DNA of 60,492 nt, filler included, from Dirinaria sp. TL-2023a (GCA_051941275.1; 5 parts of 5 records of this genome joined end to end with filler, not necessarily neighbours in it), one strand, 5' to 3'; numbered from the whole stretch's first letter, positions 33,945 through 47,628 are shown. Notes: a model not told the origin generated them from the letters alone. Program-made: numbers and translations.

Positions 33945-36000
33945 ATGTCGAAAAATTCAGAGCGCCGGGCAAAGTATGAATTGGTGTATCTTCAGAAATC
34001 GGATGGCAAGCTCGAGACTATCAACAAAAAGAAGCGCAAAGAAGCCAATGCGCCAACTGCCAGCCAGCTCGATCAGACTCCGGACTCTAAGGGGGTGATC
34101 GACTATTATCGGCTAGTCGAGATCGGCGATGACAAGGAGGTGGAGTGGCGACGTAAGCTGGGTGGCATGCTGAAGAGAGAGATTGGTGAAGCAGAACATC
34201 GTGGTAAGTCCGACCTTAGTAACCAGTACCGATCTATGTGATTAAGACGCTGCAGACCAGAATTGGATCATTGCGCACATGCCAGAGAACTATCGTCTCT
34301 ATGAGCATGTCAGATTTACCAAGTCCGACGAGACTGGAGAAGCGATCAAATCTTCCAATACGCATGCCAAAGGTCACAATGATCGTCAAGATGCCTATCT
34401 TTACGGCCATCCCTTGGGACGTAAGAAGCGATACCGAAGCCCTGCAGACTTCTTTCACCACCTCCTATGGCTCGTCATGGACGACAGCAGCGATCCAGAT
34501 AATTGTACCTGCAAAATCTGCGCGCCAGATGATATCCAATGCCCTGATCTTTTCCCGGAGCTGCTGAAGGAAACCAACAAAGAGCCTTTGAAGAAGGAGG
34601 CGGTCACCGCTAGTAGCCCAGCCAAAGCCCAGAGCTCTGCTGGGGCAAATCCAATGGTCGTTGTCCCTGTCCATCCAAACGCCCAAGGAAAGCAAACCAA
34701 ATCACCTGCACAGGCCGGCAAAGCTACTCAAGCGCCTGCTATCAACGCACCAGCTCGCGGTACCACGCCCATGCTTGTACAAACACCTCTTGAGGCGGCT
34801 AAGTCTGAGGAGCAAAAAGCAGATGCGCAGTACGGCAAGTTCGTTTTCCGCCTTGGGGAGACCGTTTGGTTCAACAAGGACCCGGCCTGGGGTCTCTCGG
34901 TCATCATCAACCGCGGCATCTTCAAAGACAGCCAGGGTCGCGAGCGTGCCCGCTACCAAGTCCAGCCGTTGTCCTACCCCTTTGAACATCAAGAATCACA
35001 GATACGAACAGACGACAACCTCCGCCCTTGGCTGGCCTGGAGCGCTCCTCCGCCATACCACATGGGCTTACGTCAGAAAGGCTTCCATTACGCAAACATC
35101 GACTGGAGAGCCGTGGTTGAAGGCAAATTCGGCGACGGCGATCCAGAAGTCGACGGGAGCATCTTTGCTGCCAGAGCCATAGACGAGAGCATCACCCTTC
35201 TCGGTCTGCTCAGCAGCAACAACCAGATCGTCACAACTGGCGAACGCCTCTACAACGGCGTGTACTTCGGCGGCGAGAAGTTCTGGGTGGGCGACCCTGT
35301 CCGCTTGCGCTCTACCCAGGGGCCCGATCTAATGGTCGTGCACCGCATCGTCGAGCGTCTGAAGAATAACAGCACAAGCACCGCCTCGGCCACAATCTCC
35401 GTAGTGGGCGATATCTACCTCTTTACCACGGTCCCATATAACCCTTCGAGCGTGCAACCTTCGATGACCCACCTGCCTCTGCGCATGCGCCGCGAAATCG
35501 ACTTCCAGAACCGCATCCTGCAGTCCTTCCACAAAACCACCATCTGCAAACTCACGCAAACCCAATCGCGGATCCCGATCGTGGATGTCAAAGGTCGCTG
35601 GTACGAACCCTCGACCCTCCTCCCGATCCTGGAAGGCATGGACGTCTTCCACGACAACCTCCGCCACGGCATCATCCGCGACACGGGCCCGATGATGAAC
35701 GCCCGTCTGCAAGAGGGCCACACCCTGGCCGCAGGGCAGGCCGGGAAACGCTTTTTGAGCCGCGAAGAGACCTTGGGCGCCGCGGTGCCGAAGGGCACGA
35801 AGGTCGCGAACCCGAGTGAGGCGTTGCCGTTTGTGGAGCAGGAGCCGCCGCTGGCTGGGGAGGGGAGCCAGGGCGGAGCACAAGTGCAGGGCCAGGGGCA
35901 AGTGGACGAGATGGCGCAGTTCATGAATTTGGAGGGCATCGGGGATTCGATGGGGGAGAGCGCGTATGGAGGGCAGATCTGGGGCGACGGACAGCAGTAG
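33945..36000 (+). CDS. clr2: Cryptic loci regulator 2 (SHREC heterochromatin-silencing scaffold) homologue
   Basis: Motifs WRRKLG, PENYRLYEH, RQDAYLYGHP..RKKRYRSPADFFHHLLWL and CTCKIC, plus C-terminal YNGVYFGGEKFWVGDPVRL and VKGRWYEP. One intron at ~34204-34260. Confidence 0.87.
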
Positions 36001-36297
36001 TAGTTCGTACCTTGTGATTGAGGTGCTTTCTACAAGACCAGCATGCGCGAGCTGGTGGAGGTGACACATGTAATCGCAGGCCACAGGGGAGTTGCTTTTC
36101 CCCTGTGATGCCCATTTGCTAGTGAGGAATTCGATTAGATCCCAAATTTTCCCTCACCCAAGCTCCGTATCCGTGACTGTACAAAATCCATGTAGTGTCT
36201 GTCCATGCCTTCAAATCCATTATCTACCTATCTCGTATCTTACCTACCCCTCCACCTTCGTATTATCCCACCTCTCCCCTTCCCCACCCCTTGATAC

Positions 36298-36397
36298 NNN
36301 NNNNNNNNNNNNNNNNNNNNNNNNNNNNNNNNNNNNNNNNNTTAATTAATTAANNNNNNNNNNNNNNNNNNNNNNNNNNNNNNNNNNNNNNNNNNNN
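36298..36397. other. Artificial contig-joining spacer
   Basis: 44 N + TTAATTAATTAA + 44 N. Confidence 0.98.
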
Positions 36398-38051
36398 AGG
36401 GTTTCTCCCTCGGCTAACGGCTTGCATGTGGCCAAGGGGTCAACCCTAAGCTGACAAAATCCCCGTCTAAAGTCGAACAATAACCATTTAGAATACGTTA
36501 GAGTTTAAACTGCAACACTGGGACCTACGTTTATACCTTATGTCTACTAGCTATGCATTCTTTTAAGCGGCCACGTTAAATCAACACCTTCATTTTCCAG
36601 TAGTCTTAGACCCTGCTCATGAGATGTCACTGTTTATTCTTCATGCAATTATCAGACGTAGATCGACTTCTTAAAGGCTAATACACTTTGCTCATTGAAG
36701 GTGTTTATCACCCCAAAACCCTTGAGCACAAAGAATAGCAAGGAGGTACATCTTCCTTGTTCTTTGGCCATATACGAAGGCAATGCTGATCATCCTCCCG
36801 CCAAACCTACATCGTAGGATCCGAACGACTGCTATCCTATCCTCAACTGCCGAATTTCTATCCAGAATTTCCAGCTCATATTTCTTCCTTCAGATCTTAC
36901 ATTGAATTTCGCCATATAACAAGACAACCCACTATCGACATGCTACAGATCCACTGTTTCGCCCCCTATTCCCCGTCTCCCCCCAAGCCAAGCGATACTC
37001 ATCGCCGCCGGACTAGCGATCCAGTATCCGATACAGCGGTACCATACAGGAAATATCTTCCATCACTCGCGTCTTCGCGTGCATCCACCACAGGCGTGAA
37101 ATTCGTTTCCACTGCCTCCGTGCTTCAGAGCTGGATATGTTGTCTCTTACTTTAACAGCACTCCTCGAGCTTGTCTTTCGAGTTCTCAATGTATTGAAGA
37201 TTCATAACTCACGTTTTCAGTGGGTTCGCGATTGTCGCTTCATAATAATTTGGGGGGATTTAAGATAGCAGTAGTGGGATTAGATTGCGTCGGTGATGAC
37301 GGTCTCTGTATGCTTCAACTCCAGCAGCGTCTCAATCAATCCTGGGACTCTGCTAGGACACTATGAAATCGAGTACAGGTGGAGCCGCTTGGCATGGATG
37401 GCGTAGGTGGAATCAGACTGTAAATTCACATCGGAGTCAAAGGGGGTCTTCAGGGTGTAAACCCAAATTTAGAGAAAGGGAACATATAAATGGTGTGATT
37501 AAGAAAGTGTGTGTTGGTGGGAAATCCTGGAGATTTGGATTTAAAGTGTGCTTTTGCGACGCTGCTTTGCATGTTGTACAAGGTCTTGAGGTTCATCTTC
37601 TTCTTACCCATCTGGCAACCCCATTATGGTCTGAAAGACTTATCTTCAAGTGAGGGCAAAGGCTGGTCCTTGGAAACGCATCTGTAGCTCAGGTCTGCAA
37701 TTCATTGCTACGCAAGGTAGTATATCGTTTTAATAGAATAAGGAGAAAGCGAGAATGATGTTCTTAAAGATCAAAGGGAGGGCAGAAAGAAAGATCTTAT
37801 CTGCATCATGAGAACGAAGTATGGGAACTTGTAAAGTTTTAGCAAGCAGGGAGTGACAGATATTGTGAGCCAGAATCATGATGAGTACACTATATACATG
37901 GTCGAAAATCGACTGATATCAGCCCCCGTGCCCAACATCGTAGGTCTGCTCCAAGGTCTGGTCCTTCCGGATGGCTGTAGGATCAGGCAGAGCAATCCTA
38001 TTCTCACTATCCCCTAAACATGAAGTCAGATAATCGTGATCTCAATTTCCT

Positions 38052-39427
38052 TCAATATTCGAAGAGTGTAATCAGCATAGAAAAGTGAGACCTACCTCGC
38101 CCTACCTCAGTCCTGACTTCACTCCTCATCGGCACCGCTAGTCGCTCCGCACTTTGGCCCCCCAATTCCTCATCCAGCCGGAGGAAGCCGCCGATAGTAT
38201 CAGTATCTGTGGCTGCTCCGCCACTGTGCCTTGGCTTTGCTTTCTGCGCCAGTCTAAGAGGAAAAGAGTCACCAGACTTGGACGGCGTGGAGGATTTTTT
38301 GGCGCGCAGAGATGTCATCGGGATGCCCAGCAGACGGCGAAAGAGCGCTGGGAGGACAGGGAGACAGGCGCAGATGATGCCAACGGATTGTTCCACTGTG
38401 GACCACATGGAAGAGATGACGAGGGTGTAGGTAATGTCAGTCGCGACGACGGAAGAGAAGGTCGTGACGCGAATTATAGAGGCTAAGACGACGCTGCGAT
38501 CGAAGGGGTCTGTTAGCAGGTTGTAGACCCTTAGTTTTGAACAGGAACGCTCAAAATAAACACTTCCCTCGTGCATTTGAGAACTTTTAGGCAAGAATTT
38601 GTGACAAAAATCTTTATACGCCAAGTTGAGGAAGAGATAGAAGTACTTACAAGCATCCCAACAGGAAAAGGCCCGTGAGGATAACCTTCTGTTTCAGCTT
38701 CAAACTCAGACGCCAGACCATCGGCATCGTAAGCGTAAGAATCATGAAATCGATCAACAGATTCGCAACTCCATTCCAGCGGTAGAATGCCACGGTGTCA
38801 ACGCACTTGGCTCCAGGAATAGTATGATCCCAGTACGCGGCAACCGGTTTGCACTCGAATATCGCGGCAAAGAGATTCGCGACGAAATAGAGAATGACAA
38901 CGGTCCAGGCTACCATCAGGATCTTTCGAAAGTCGCGAGAGACTCCGAAAATACGCCAATATAACAAGATCAGCGAACTCTTGAAGAAGACCGAAGAAAG
39001 GAAATAGAAGATCTGAAGTGCCATGAGCCCCTGCTCGTAAAGTCAGCACGAAGAACACACGGTAGACGTGAGTCATAGTAACCTGCCTTGAAGAACAGCA
39101 CGACCTGTTGCTCAGTAACAGGCCCACCGGCTTCCTGAGTATGGCGTCCGAACCCAGCATGCCGAACTTGATACCATGAACACGTGCTGATGCCCCAATC
39201 GGCCATCTACAAGGTCGACGGTGAGCTTCAATGAACGGCAAGAGCATAGATAGAGCACTTCTGACCAAGGCTGGTAATATTGTCCAATCATCCCACCAAT
39301 AACTAGCTGTTGAAACCTTTCTCGATGCAAATCGCATGATCACGACGATTGTTGATAGAGATTGTAGAGCAATGGTCCCGCCCAGTAGGGCTGGTACCCG
39401 AGTCTCGTTGTAGACTCCGTTGGACAT
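38052..39427 (-). CDS. PTH11-like integral membrane protein (fungal rhodopsin domain, no CFEM)
   Basis: Motifs RFASRK...WWDDW, GFGRH, FKSSLILLYWRIF, FECKPVAAYWD, DFMILTLTMPMVWRL and WSTVEQSVGIICACLP. About three introns; the 3' end is uncertain. Confidence 0.88.
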
Positions 39428-40993
39428 GATTCTCGAGAAAAGTACGAGAGATAGAATGCCAACAAAAGATTTGAATCATCATTATTCTTAAACAACAAAA
39501 GTTGCTTAGTAGGTACCTGAATGGTTGGCGTGGGTCTAAAGGCAACATTGCCTAGATTGGAGCTAGGTAGGTGAACCCTCATCAGCATCACCGCCATTCG
39601 TCCATGCCTTGCAGCTGAAATCCGGGTATCTCGGAAGGTTGGAGTAGCCAGGGGCTCTGGAAGCAATTAAGACGATCGGAAATTTAGAGTATTATAAACT
39701 GCTAAGGTAGGCAAGGGTGCCCATGAAAAATCCGGACCACTCATTCTGAAACGGGATGCTGTTTGACATCAAGGTCAGCTAATTCAGTAAACACGATAAT
39801 TGAAGGCCCAGATCTCTGGACAGTCTTGCGCAAGACCCATGAATATGGTAAGACGGTAACGTGGGGTGTTCACCGTGTTCTAGTTATTGGCTTTCCATGT
39901 CCCTACTAGCAGCAAAAATGCTCTTCATAGCTCAACCTCGGCCGCGCTAAGCCGGTGACCGTCGATTTAAGCTTGTATCACGATTATGGCGCCGTCGAAG
40001 CGTGAGTTACAAGGTAGAAGCTTGAAGCATATTATACCTCCCTTGATTGGTGCGCATGGCACGGAGCGGGAAGAGTGAAAACCACCTGCCCCTCTATAAC
40101 TAAGGCAGTCCTTCAGCCTCAAATAGACTTTTAGGCTCTACGACTCCACGCGATCTGGAGTTCTGGACTCTATGTCCATCCGTTATCTGATATTTTTCAT
40201 GAAATAACATCTCGGCATTGCTCGCGGCAGTCAGCTTTATGCCAGGTATCATCACCTAAACCTGATTCTCGTGGCCTTTTTGATAGTCATTCGATCCTCG
40301 CGTACTTATCGAGTCCACCTCAGGATTCAGACGAAGCCTGTACATCATCATTAATATTACTCGTATAAAGACTGGAACTTTTTGGCCCAGATGGCCCAGG
40401 TCCTAACCGCGAGCAGAGCTACCTGTAGCCTAGAGCTGTGCAAGCTACCAGCCTTATGGTCCTTGAGTTAGCTATCATCGACACGCTAATTAATGGGAGT
40501 CTGCGACATAAATCGCGATATGGGGTACGGTCAGACAGCAAATATCTTGCACATTGCACCAAAGGGGGACCCCTCTCTTGATGAATGATTATTGCTGTAT
40601 TTATTGGTTTTTTCTGCCCGACAGGTACTTAATTAACAATTTTACTTCTCAGCTCCTGCTTGCTACCCATGTGGCAGCGTAGCACCGAAACCATTTCGAA
40701 TGTCACCACGAGCTGCTACTATGATGGTTTCTGATAAGGTATGGCAAGGGTATGACTAATACCTAACTATCGACTGGGCATTTCTGAAGTACAAGCTTTT
40801 TTGAGCGCAGGTACGCATTTGGTCCCAAAGCTCATGGAGCTCGTTTCATAACATGTGCTTTAATTACTTATGCTTTAAAAAGAGACGCTTTCTTGACTAC
40901 GCTATCTGATGAACAAGAAACATGATGCGGAAACATGAAATCTTTCAGAAACATCCTATCAATCACAAGGTCTGGACCGAGTCTCCATTCCAG

Positions 40994-43964
40994 CTAGAAG
41001 ATATCCGAAGTCGAATCGTCGTAGTCCTCCTCGATGCCGATCTTTCTATACGGAGGTTCTACAGAACCAGAACCTTCATGCTGCTGTTGATGAGGTTCTG
41101 GAGATCGACTCGAGCATGGTGCTATTGGAGGGACAGCGGCGTCGAACCCCAAACGTGATGAAGATTCCGAAGCTGGGGCATCATCATCTTTAGAGTTGAT
41201 GTTAGATTCGTCGCTGAAGTCGCTCTCGGAATATTGCTCTGCTTCCTCAGACGTGGCACTATCGCTGTTCACATCATCTGCAGGTTCAGGTTCCTGATCG
41301 CCTTCGGTTCGACGTCTGATGTGACTGTCTGGATTGTAATGGAAGATATCTTTAATGCTCTTAGCGATATCTGCCCGACGGAACTCGTTGAGACAGTCAT
41401 CTGGATCCGGCAAGCTGTTCTGCCGGGCCTGGTGTTCAAAGTCGAGCATCCGCTGCCAGAGACCGCCGATTATTCCTTCAATCTTCTGTTCTTTGGCTTT
41501 GTACTCTTCCGTGACGACTTTTCCATGGGCTTTCCATTCGCTGCAGAGACGCCAGTGCTCCCACTTTCTCGGATCAGCCAACTGCTCATCGCCGTCGTCC
41601 AGTTGCTTCCTCAAGTTGTCAACTTCTTCCTCGGCAGAGATAGCGCGAGCTTTCCAATCTTCAAGCTCGTAGACGAAGTCTTGCTTACATGCTTCTTCTG
41701 CTGCGAGCTGGTTGCCCTGCACTTGACAAGTGTAGCGCCAATCGTCCAGCTCTTGTTGTAGGGCATCAAGTCTCTGCTGTCGCAAATTGGCCATGTCTTC
41801 TTTGTCTTGCAGAAGCAATAATGCACCCTCGCTAGCGCCTGCTCGAATCTGCTCCTCGTATCTCTGAGCGGAGTCTTTGAGTTGCTGTTCGGGTGCTGCG
41901 ATCTTGCCATCACGATCTGCTATGATGTCGGTACAACCTGGGGTGTGGAAGTCCATCTGCAGCTTGATAGCGTCGAGCTCGACCTGAGCACTGGTTTTGA
42001 ACTCCAACAGGTCCTCATTCTCCTTTATCTTCGCTTTGTAGACTCTTGTCATCGCTCGCCGCTCGTTATTGGACTCGAGTCTGCACTTGTTGGAGGACTT
42101 CAGCGCTAGAGTGAGCCACGAAACTCTCTCCTTCAAATCTTTATTGTCCTCGTTGACCAATTCCCATTGAGCTTTGGTTGCCTCATCAACATCTCCCACA
42201 GTCATCTTACTACGCAATCGGGTAATCATTGAATTGCAAGCATGCTGGAAGCTGTCATGGCTCATGATCAAGTCCTGCTCACTTGATTTGATGACACTCA
42301 ACTCAATCTTCAACGAGTCAATCTCTTCATCTTTCTCCGCTTTGAGATCTTCAAGCTCACCGCGAAGCTTGGAATTCCAGCCGATGACCTCATTGTGCTC
42401 CTTAACGAGAAGATCATGCATTTCTCCTTGCTTTCGGAGAAGCTCGTCTGTCTCTGCAGTAACATTCGGAGATCGTTCTGTCTCCGCGCGCAAATCAGCA
42501 AGCTTCAAATGCTTGACCTCGGCAATGGTTCGAAACTCTGTAACTTCCCGCTGGCAATTCTGCAGCTTAGAATTGGCAGCTTCAAGATTCTGCCGCAACT
42601 CTATGTTGTTTTGTTGGGCCGCATCGCGCTCCGACATTGCTTGCTCGAGGGCGGCAGATGCATTGTTTTCATCCGTCTGACTGCCTATACCTGGTTGCCG
42701 CGTTTTCTCTTTTGCTTTGCCCTTGCCCTTGCATTTGCCTTTACCTTTATTCTTAGGCTTCATAGACTTCATCGTCTCCTCCAAATCGGAGTATCGTTGG
42801 CTTAAATTAGCAGCTTGACTCTCGAGTGTCGCGATCTTATCTATCAGTTGCGATTCTCCCGTAGCCTTTTCCACTCGTTCTTGTTCGTGCTCTTTGGATG
42901 CTTCGGGCTTTAGCAGCTTTCTCCGCAGCGCTGCCAGTTTGTTCTCATTCTCCTGTCTAAGGGCGGTAATCTCGACTTCATGAGCCTTCTTTAGATTTTC
43001 AATCTGTTTGCCATGATCATGTAGCTTGGAGTCCCCCATGATGTCCTTGGAATTCTCATTGAGTGTCTTGATGGTGCTGCTTTGCGAGCAATTACTGACC
43101 ATTTGGGATCGCTTGACGTTCTCTGGGGAAGGCGTGTGTGGGGTCGTCTCCGATGCATTCTTTGGCGGCGTAGATTGAGGCAGGTCGACTCGCTCCCGCA
43201 TTTCAGGGTCTGCATCTTTGATGGCTTGAGACAGATCGATTTCTATAGGAGCTTGACTCATCCTCGATGATGGTGATGCATCGTGTAGAGCAATTGCCCC
43301 ATCCTTGCACTGCGTGCGCTGATCTTTTCTCAAACGCTTTTCTGCGTTGAGTTCAGCCCCTACCCGTGGACTTGTGGATTTAGGTGAATCAGCCTCTCTC
43401 GAAGAAATTTTGCTGATGTCGGATTCTGCTGACTTTCCTGGCTCATCATCATAGACCTGAGCAAGATCCTCGACGGCAATACCACTCTCGAGTTCGCCAC
43501 TACGTTGTCTAACGACAGCCTGCTCGGGCACCAGCTTGGAAGGCTCCGGGGTTGCGCTCTGTGTTGATGGGGTAGTCATTGCAGTGGTGCGAACGGTGGT
43601 CTGCGCTAAAGCTGCGACTGCGCCACCCTCTGGCGAATTAGAGCCTTGGACCATAAGATGTACAATCAGGTGATCTCTCCGCCGATGTTCTGAGGCTTTG
43701 CTAGTAAGCTCTTGGTCTAAAGCAGAATCAACTTCATCGGCAGCGTTGATGCTTGGTACATCAGGTCGTTTGGTATGGAAGATGGCTTTGATTCGCTGTC
43801 CCAGCGTCGGCTTCCGGGACCGGTCTTTTGCTGACTGGTATATGTTAGTCCCTTGATCCAAGTCCAGGTACCAATGCGTATCATGAAACACTTACGGAAG
43901 AAATACTCAACGGTTCACTGGAGCTCTTGGGACGTCCTTTGGTTTTACGAACTTTTCGGTACAT
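40994..43964 (-). CDS. Large coiled-coil hypothetical protein, ~970 aa
   Basis: A 2.9-kb open frame rich in E/K/Q/L heptads with disordered ends. A probable first exon 43964-43896 (MYRKVRK...) is joined in phase 0 by intron 43895..43835 (GTAAGT...CTAAC...CAG). Confidence 0.75.
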
Positions 43965-45103
43965 TGCAAGCTGTCAAGCCAGTGTCATGGTGACGATGGC
44001 GACAAGAGATTATCACAAGCGACTTATGTAAGAGGGTCCGTTGATATGGAAAGATCTTGAGTGTGGATAAGGTAGGATGATGTCTTCAGCTTACTTAGGA
44101 GTGATGAAGAAGCTTTTGCAAAGACGTAGAAGCATGGTTGTAAGAAGAAAGAGTCAAGGGGTTCCGAGTGGAATATATATGGTCATGGACCGTGGTGGAA
44201 ACCAAAGTGTTGCTACTCCGTGTTCGAAGCAGCTATGGCCAGAATAGAAAACACGACCCAAGCCAAGTGATGGAAAAGAGGCCAACACTGTCCAGCGAGG
44301 ATTTCACGTAGAGTGATATAGTATATCACCAGCTACTAGTAGCATGGCAAGATATCTAGTTGACTGTTCAAGCAATTCAAGACCAGCAAGAAGCTTCGCG
44401 GTCACAAAATATAGAAGAAATGCAGCGTGATGAAAGGAAGCTACCGCAAAGGTAGGTGGTAGGGAATAAAAGCAACACTTTGTGAATAGACAGCATTGAC
44501 ACAGTATCCCCATTGGCACAACAATACCTATGTAGATTTAAATGAGTGGCAGCAGCTCGTGGAGAAAATAGATTCTTGTGCGCTACAAAGACGGTGTGTT
44601 CCTACTGCCTCTCACTGGCTTTTGAGTGTAGATCAACAATAGTACAGGCAGCCCGAGATAGCGTCTCTGTCAACTTGCATCGCCATTCGTTGCATTGCGA
44701 CACCAAGGTCGTTAAAACTCAAGGCATCAAGCATGGGACATGTGGATTGGACACAAGAGGGGCTAGACTTATATTAATGAGGCAAATTGAAAAGCCTAAG
44801 ATGACAATAGGAAAAAAATGGAACACGGAGAGAGTTGGGGACTCGAAAATGGACTCACATCCCCCCTAAAGCCAACAGGCCAAGCCGAGAAATGGGAAGA
44901 AGAAAGCGAGCTGATCCGCCTTGAAGACACCGAAACTCAGCGAGCACTACCTACCTTAGCCAAGTGTCCAAATTGCTCTTGACGGAAGCACCTCTATCTA
45001 ACTCAACGAGCAATACAGCATACATCGAAAATGCTCCGTAGGTAGGATGCAGGCTCCAGGATGCAGGATGCGTGGGGCCGAGGGCTTAGAGGCGATGTAA
45101 ATC

Positions 45104-45126
45104 TTATCTGATATATCTTATCAGAT
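45104..45126 (-). promoter_or_regulatory. Two tandem ATCWGATAA (SreA-type GATA) motifs
   Basis: TTATCTGAT (45104-45112) and TTATCAGAT (45118-45126) read ATCAGATAA and ATCTGATAA on the minus strand, ~180 bp upstream of the P450 remnant. Confidence 0.4.
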
Positions 45127-45306
45127 TAGATTTAGTGATGCTAAATGTAAGGTACGTTATGTAGGGTTACGTCAGGCTCAACTAGCACCTTTCAACCTTC
45201 CATCCATCTAGCGAGTATCGTTCCATTGATCCGTGCAAGGAGTGATACTACGCTCCCAAGACGAACACAACACATTTTCAAGCTCAGGTGACGTACCTTT
45301 ACGAGA

Positions 45307-46212
45307 TGCATCAAACCGCGGATAGTATGGGGCTTGTCGCAAGCAAAGTACGAAGTTTGCGATTAGGACTCCTAATCGTAGCCATAATATACTTCGTTCA
45401 TCAGTATTTGCAACGACGAAAAGTTCAAGCTGTACGAGTGCTTCTCATATCCCCTTCGTTCTTCTCTCAATCTGCCAATCGTATCATGATAGAAGGACGA
45501 AAAATCAGGCAGTCAACACGGCTGTTTGCCTACTAAGGCAAGGTATCCCTGCAAGTGGCTTTTACTCGATGTACTGTATGCACAGTATAAGGCCAATGCT
45601 GGTCAGCACCTGCTCGCGTTCCAGCAGCCGTTCCTTGATGACTTGAGGCCAAATCTCGAAGTGAAGATTCATGGGACGCCTGGATATGCGACCTTTGACC
45701 CGGAGAATATAGAAGCTATTTTATCAACACAATTTCAAGGTAAGTTGCTTAGTTTGCTGAACCTTGAACTAATTTAAGTTTAAATGGCGACAGACTTCGG
45801 TCTCGGCCCCAGAAGAGGTGCTATGTTCTCTTTCTGTGGTGAAGGGATCTTTACTCAAGAAGAAGAACCTTGGCGTCACTCCCGAGAGCTTCTACGTCGA
45901 CCATTCTTGAAAATTCATAAGCACAATCTTCAATGCTTCTTGGAACCTATCAACCGTCCTATCTTCAAGCTTCCCTCTTCGGAGATAGTAAATCTGCAAC
46001 CGTTTTTCTTTCAACTAACGCTTGGCACTATCACAGCACTTATATTCGGGCAGCCCACAGATGATTTAGAAAACGAAAAAGATCGGATGTTTGCTAGCAG
46101 TGTTAACCATGTCTCCTTCATCAGTGCCTCGCGAATGTGAGTAATGAACCTTTATTGGTTATACAGACTGCCGAGCTATGACCGATCTTGTACATATATT
46201 AAGGAGTATGAG
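45307..46212 (+). pseudogene. Truncated cytochrome P450 (CYP52-clan-like) pseudogene
   Basis: N-terminal TM anchor, TFDPENIEAILSTQF, DFGLGPRR, GEGIFTQ...WRHSRELLR and NLQPFFFQLTL. In-frame TGA at 46138-46140 is followed by VMNLYWL. No I-helix, EXXR or heme-binding Cys motif appears downstream. Confidence 0.85.
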
Positions 46213-46270
46213 GGAAGTGTGACATTAGGAAGGGAGGGGGTGTGACATTAGAAAGGGGGGGTGTGAACGT
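46213..46270 (+). repeat. Short G-rich direct repeats (GTGTGACATTAG x2 plus a partial copy) at the P450 truncation point
   Basis: gaagtgtgacattaggaagggagggggtgtgacattagaaaggggggggtgtgaac. Confidence 0.65.
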
Positions 46271-46738
46271 AGAGCCGGGTCCTTGAAAAAATGTGCAAAC
46301 TAGATCAGAGTTGTGTCATGAAGAAGCTCAAATTCTCTGATATCACATTGGAGACTTTGATATCATTTTTTGTGATGTCATGCACAGATGAAGTGGGCGT
46401 TTGTTTGATTGTAAGAAATGAAGTATGATATGCCAAGCATTGATGACAGTTCTGAAAACACTAAGGTACTTAAGCTCAGTGCCAAGACGTCAGGAATAAG
46501 CGAGACATTTGTCCCACTCAACACAACCGACATCTTATTGCTTCACTATCGTAAGGAATCATAATAATGAAAGTGATTGAACAATGACACTAACGGAAAC
46601 TGGAAGCCGAAGCAAGGAATCCGCAACACTTCGGCTCTTCACTAATAAATCCTGGGTATTTGAACGTAAGCTAGGCCATAAAACCAAATCTGGCTTGCTC
46701 AGAAATCATTCCCCACCATCTCCAAGCAGCATTGTACC

Positions 46739-47628
46739 ATGAGTTCCTTAAAACGCTCCTACGGAGCGTATAGTGGCTCATCGTCGCAACAGCAGTCACA
46801 GCATTCTTCTCAGTCTTCCCCGCAGCAGTTACCTTCTTCCCAATCTCAAACTCAAGTAGCTTCGTCACCACGTGCCAAAAGAAGGAGGTTAGCAGGGGAG
46901 CAGGATTCACTGGAGTCAGTTCATATATCTTCCTCCGCGCAAGTCGAGACTAATCTCTTGCCAGTCATCTGTATGAAGACATTGTCACCATCTATGTCGG
47001 GCCAAACGCCACCCCTTTCTACGTCTACAAAGAGCTGGTTTGCCGGGACTCGTCGTTTTTCAGGGCGGCACTCGGGGGCTCTTTCGCAGAGAGTCGAGAG
47101 CAGAAAGTGTCGCTTCCGGAGGACGAGGTTTCCGTGTTCAAGGTATACCAGACCTGGCTGAATGCTCAAGAGCTGCGATACACTTTCGACCACGAAGACT
47201 GGTGGCTCCATCTCTCCAAACTATGGATATTCGCGGACAGGATGTGTGCCTACCAATTCAGCAACGAGATCGTCGATGCCTTCTTCAAAGTCTTCTTCGA
47301 CAATACACAGCTTGACTTCGCCACTCCCAAGGTTGTCGATTATGTATACGAGAACACCGCCAGCCATTCTGCTCTGCGGAGGATATTTGTTCGATTCTAC
47401 CTTCAGTTAGCCTACAGAACGATTGATCTCCGGTCATATCCGCAAGAGTTCCTCGCAACTGTTTTGCGCAAGTTGACAGCGGATAAAGGGTACGAGAAAT
47501 ACTTCAAAGCAACTCAAGCAGCCATCATCAACAAGGATAGCAGTCACCTTTACCATCAAAATTGTCAACTTTACCATCAAAATTGCTCGAGGATGTGCTG
47601 TAACGAAAATAAACGCAGGTTCCCTTGA
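46739..47628 (+). CDS. BTB/POZ domain protein
   Basis: After an intron at ~46914-46963: DIVTIYVG...FYVYKELVCRDSSFFRAALGGSFAESREQKVSLPEDEVSVFKVYQTWL, then LWIFADR and VDYVYENT...LRRIFV. Confidence 0.85.

Noticed and set aside
35329..36084. 251-aa minus-strand ORF
   Set aside because: Antisense shadow of the GC-rich clr2 coding region.
36398..37800. Short ORFs at the start of contig 4
   Set aside because: Frequent stops and no recognisable transposase or protein motifs.
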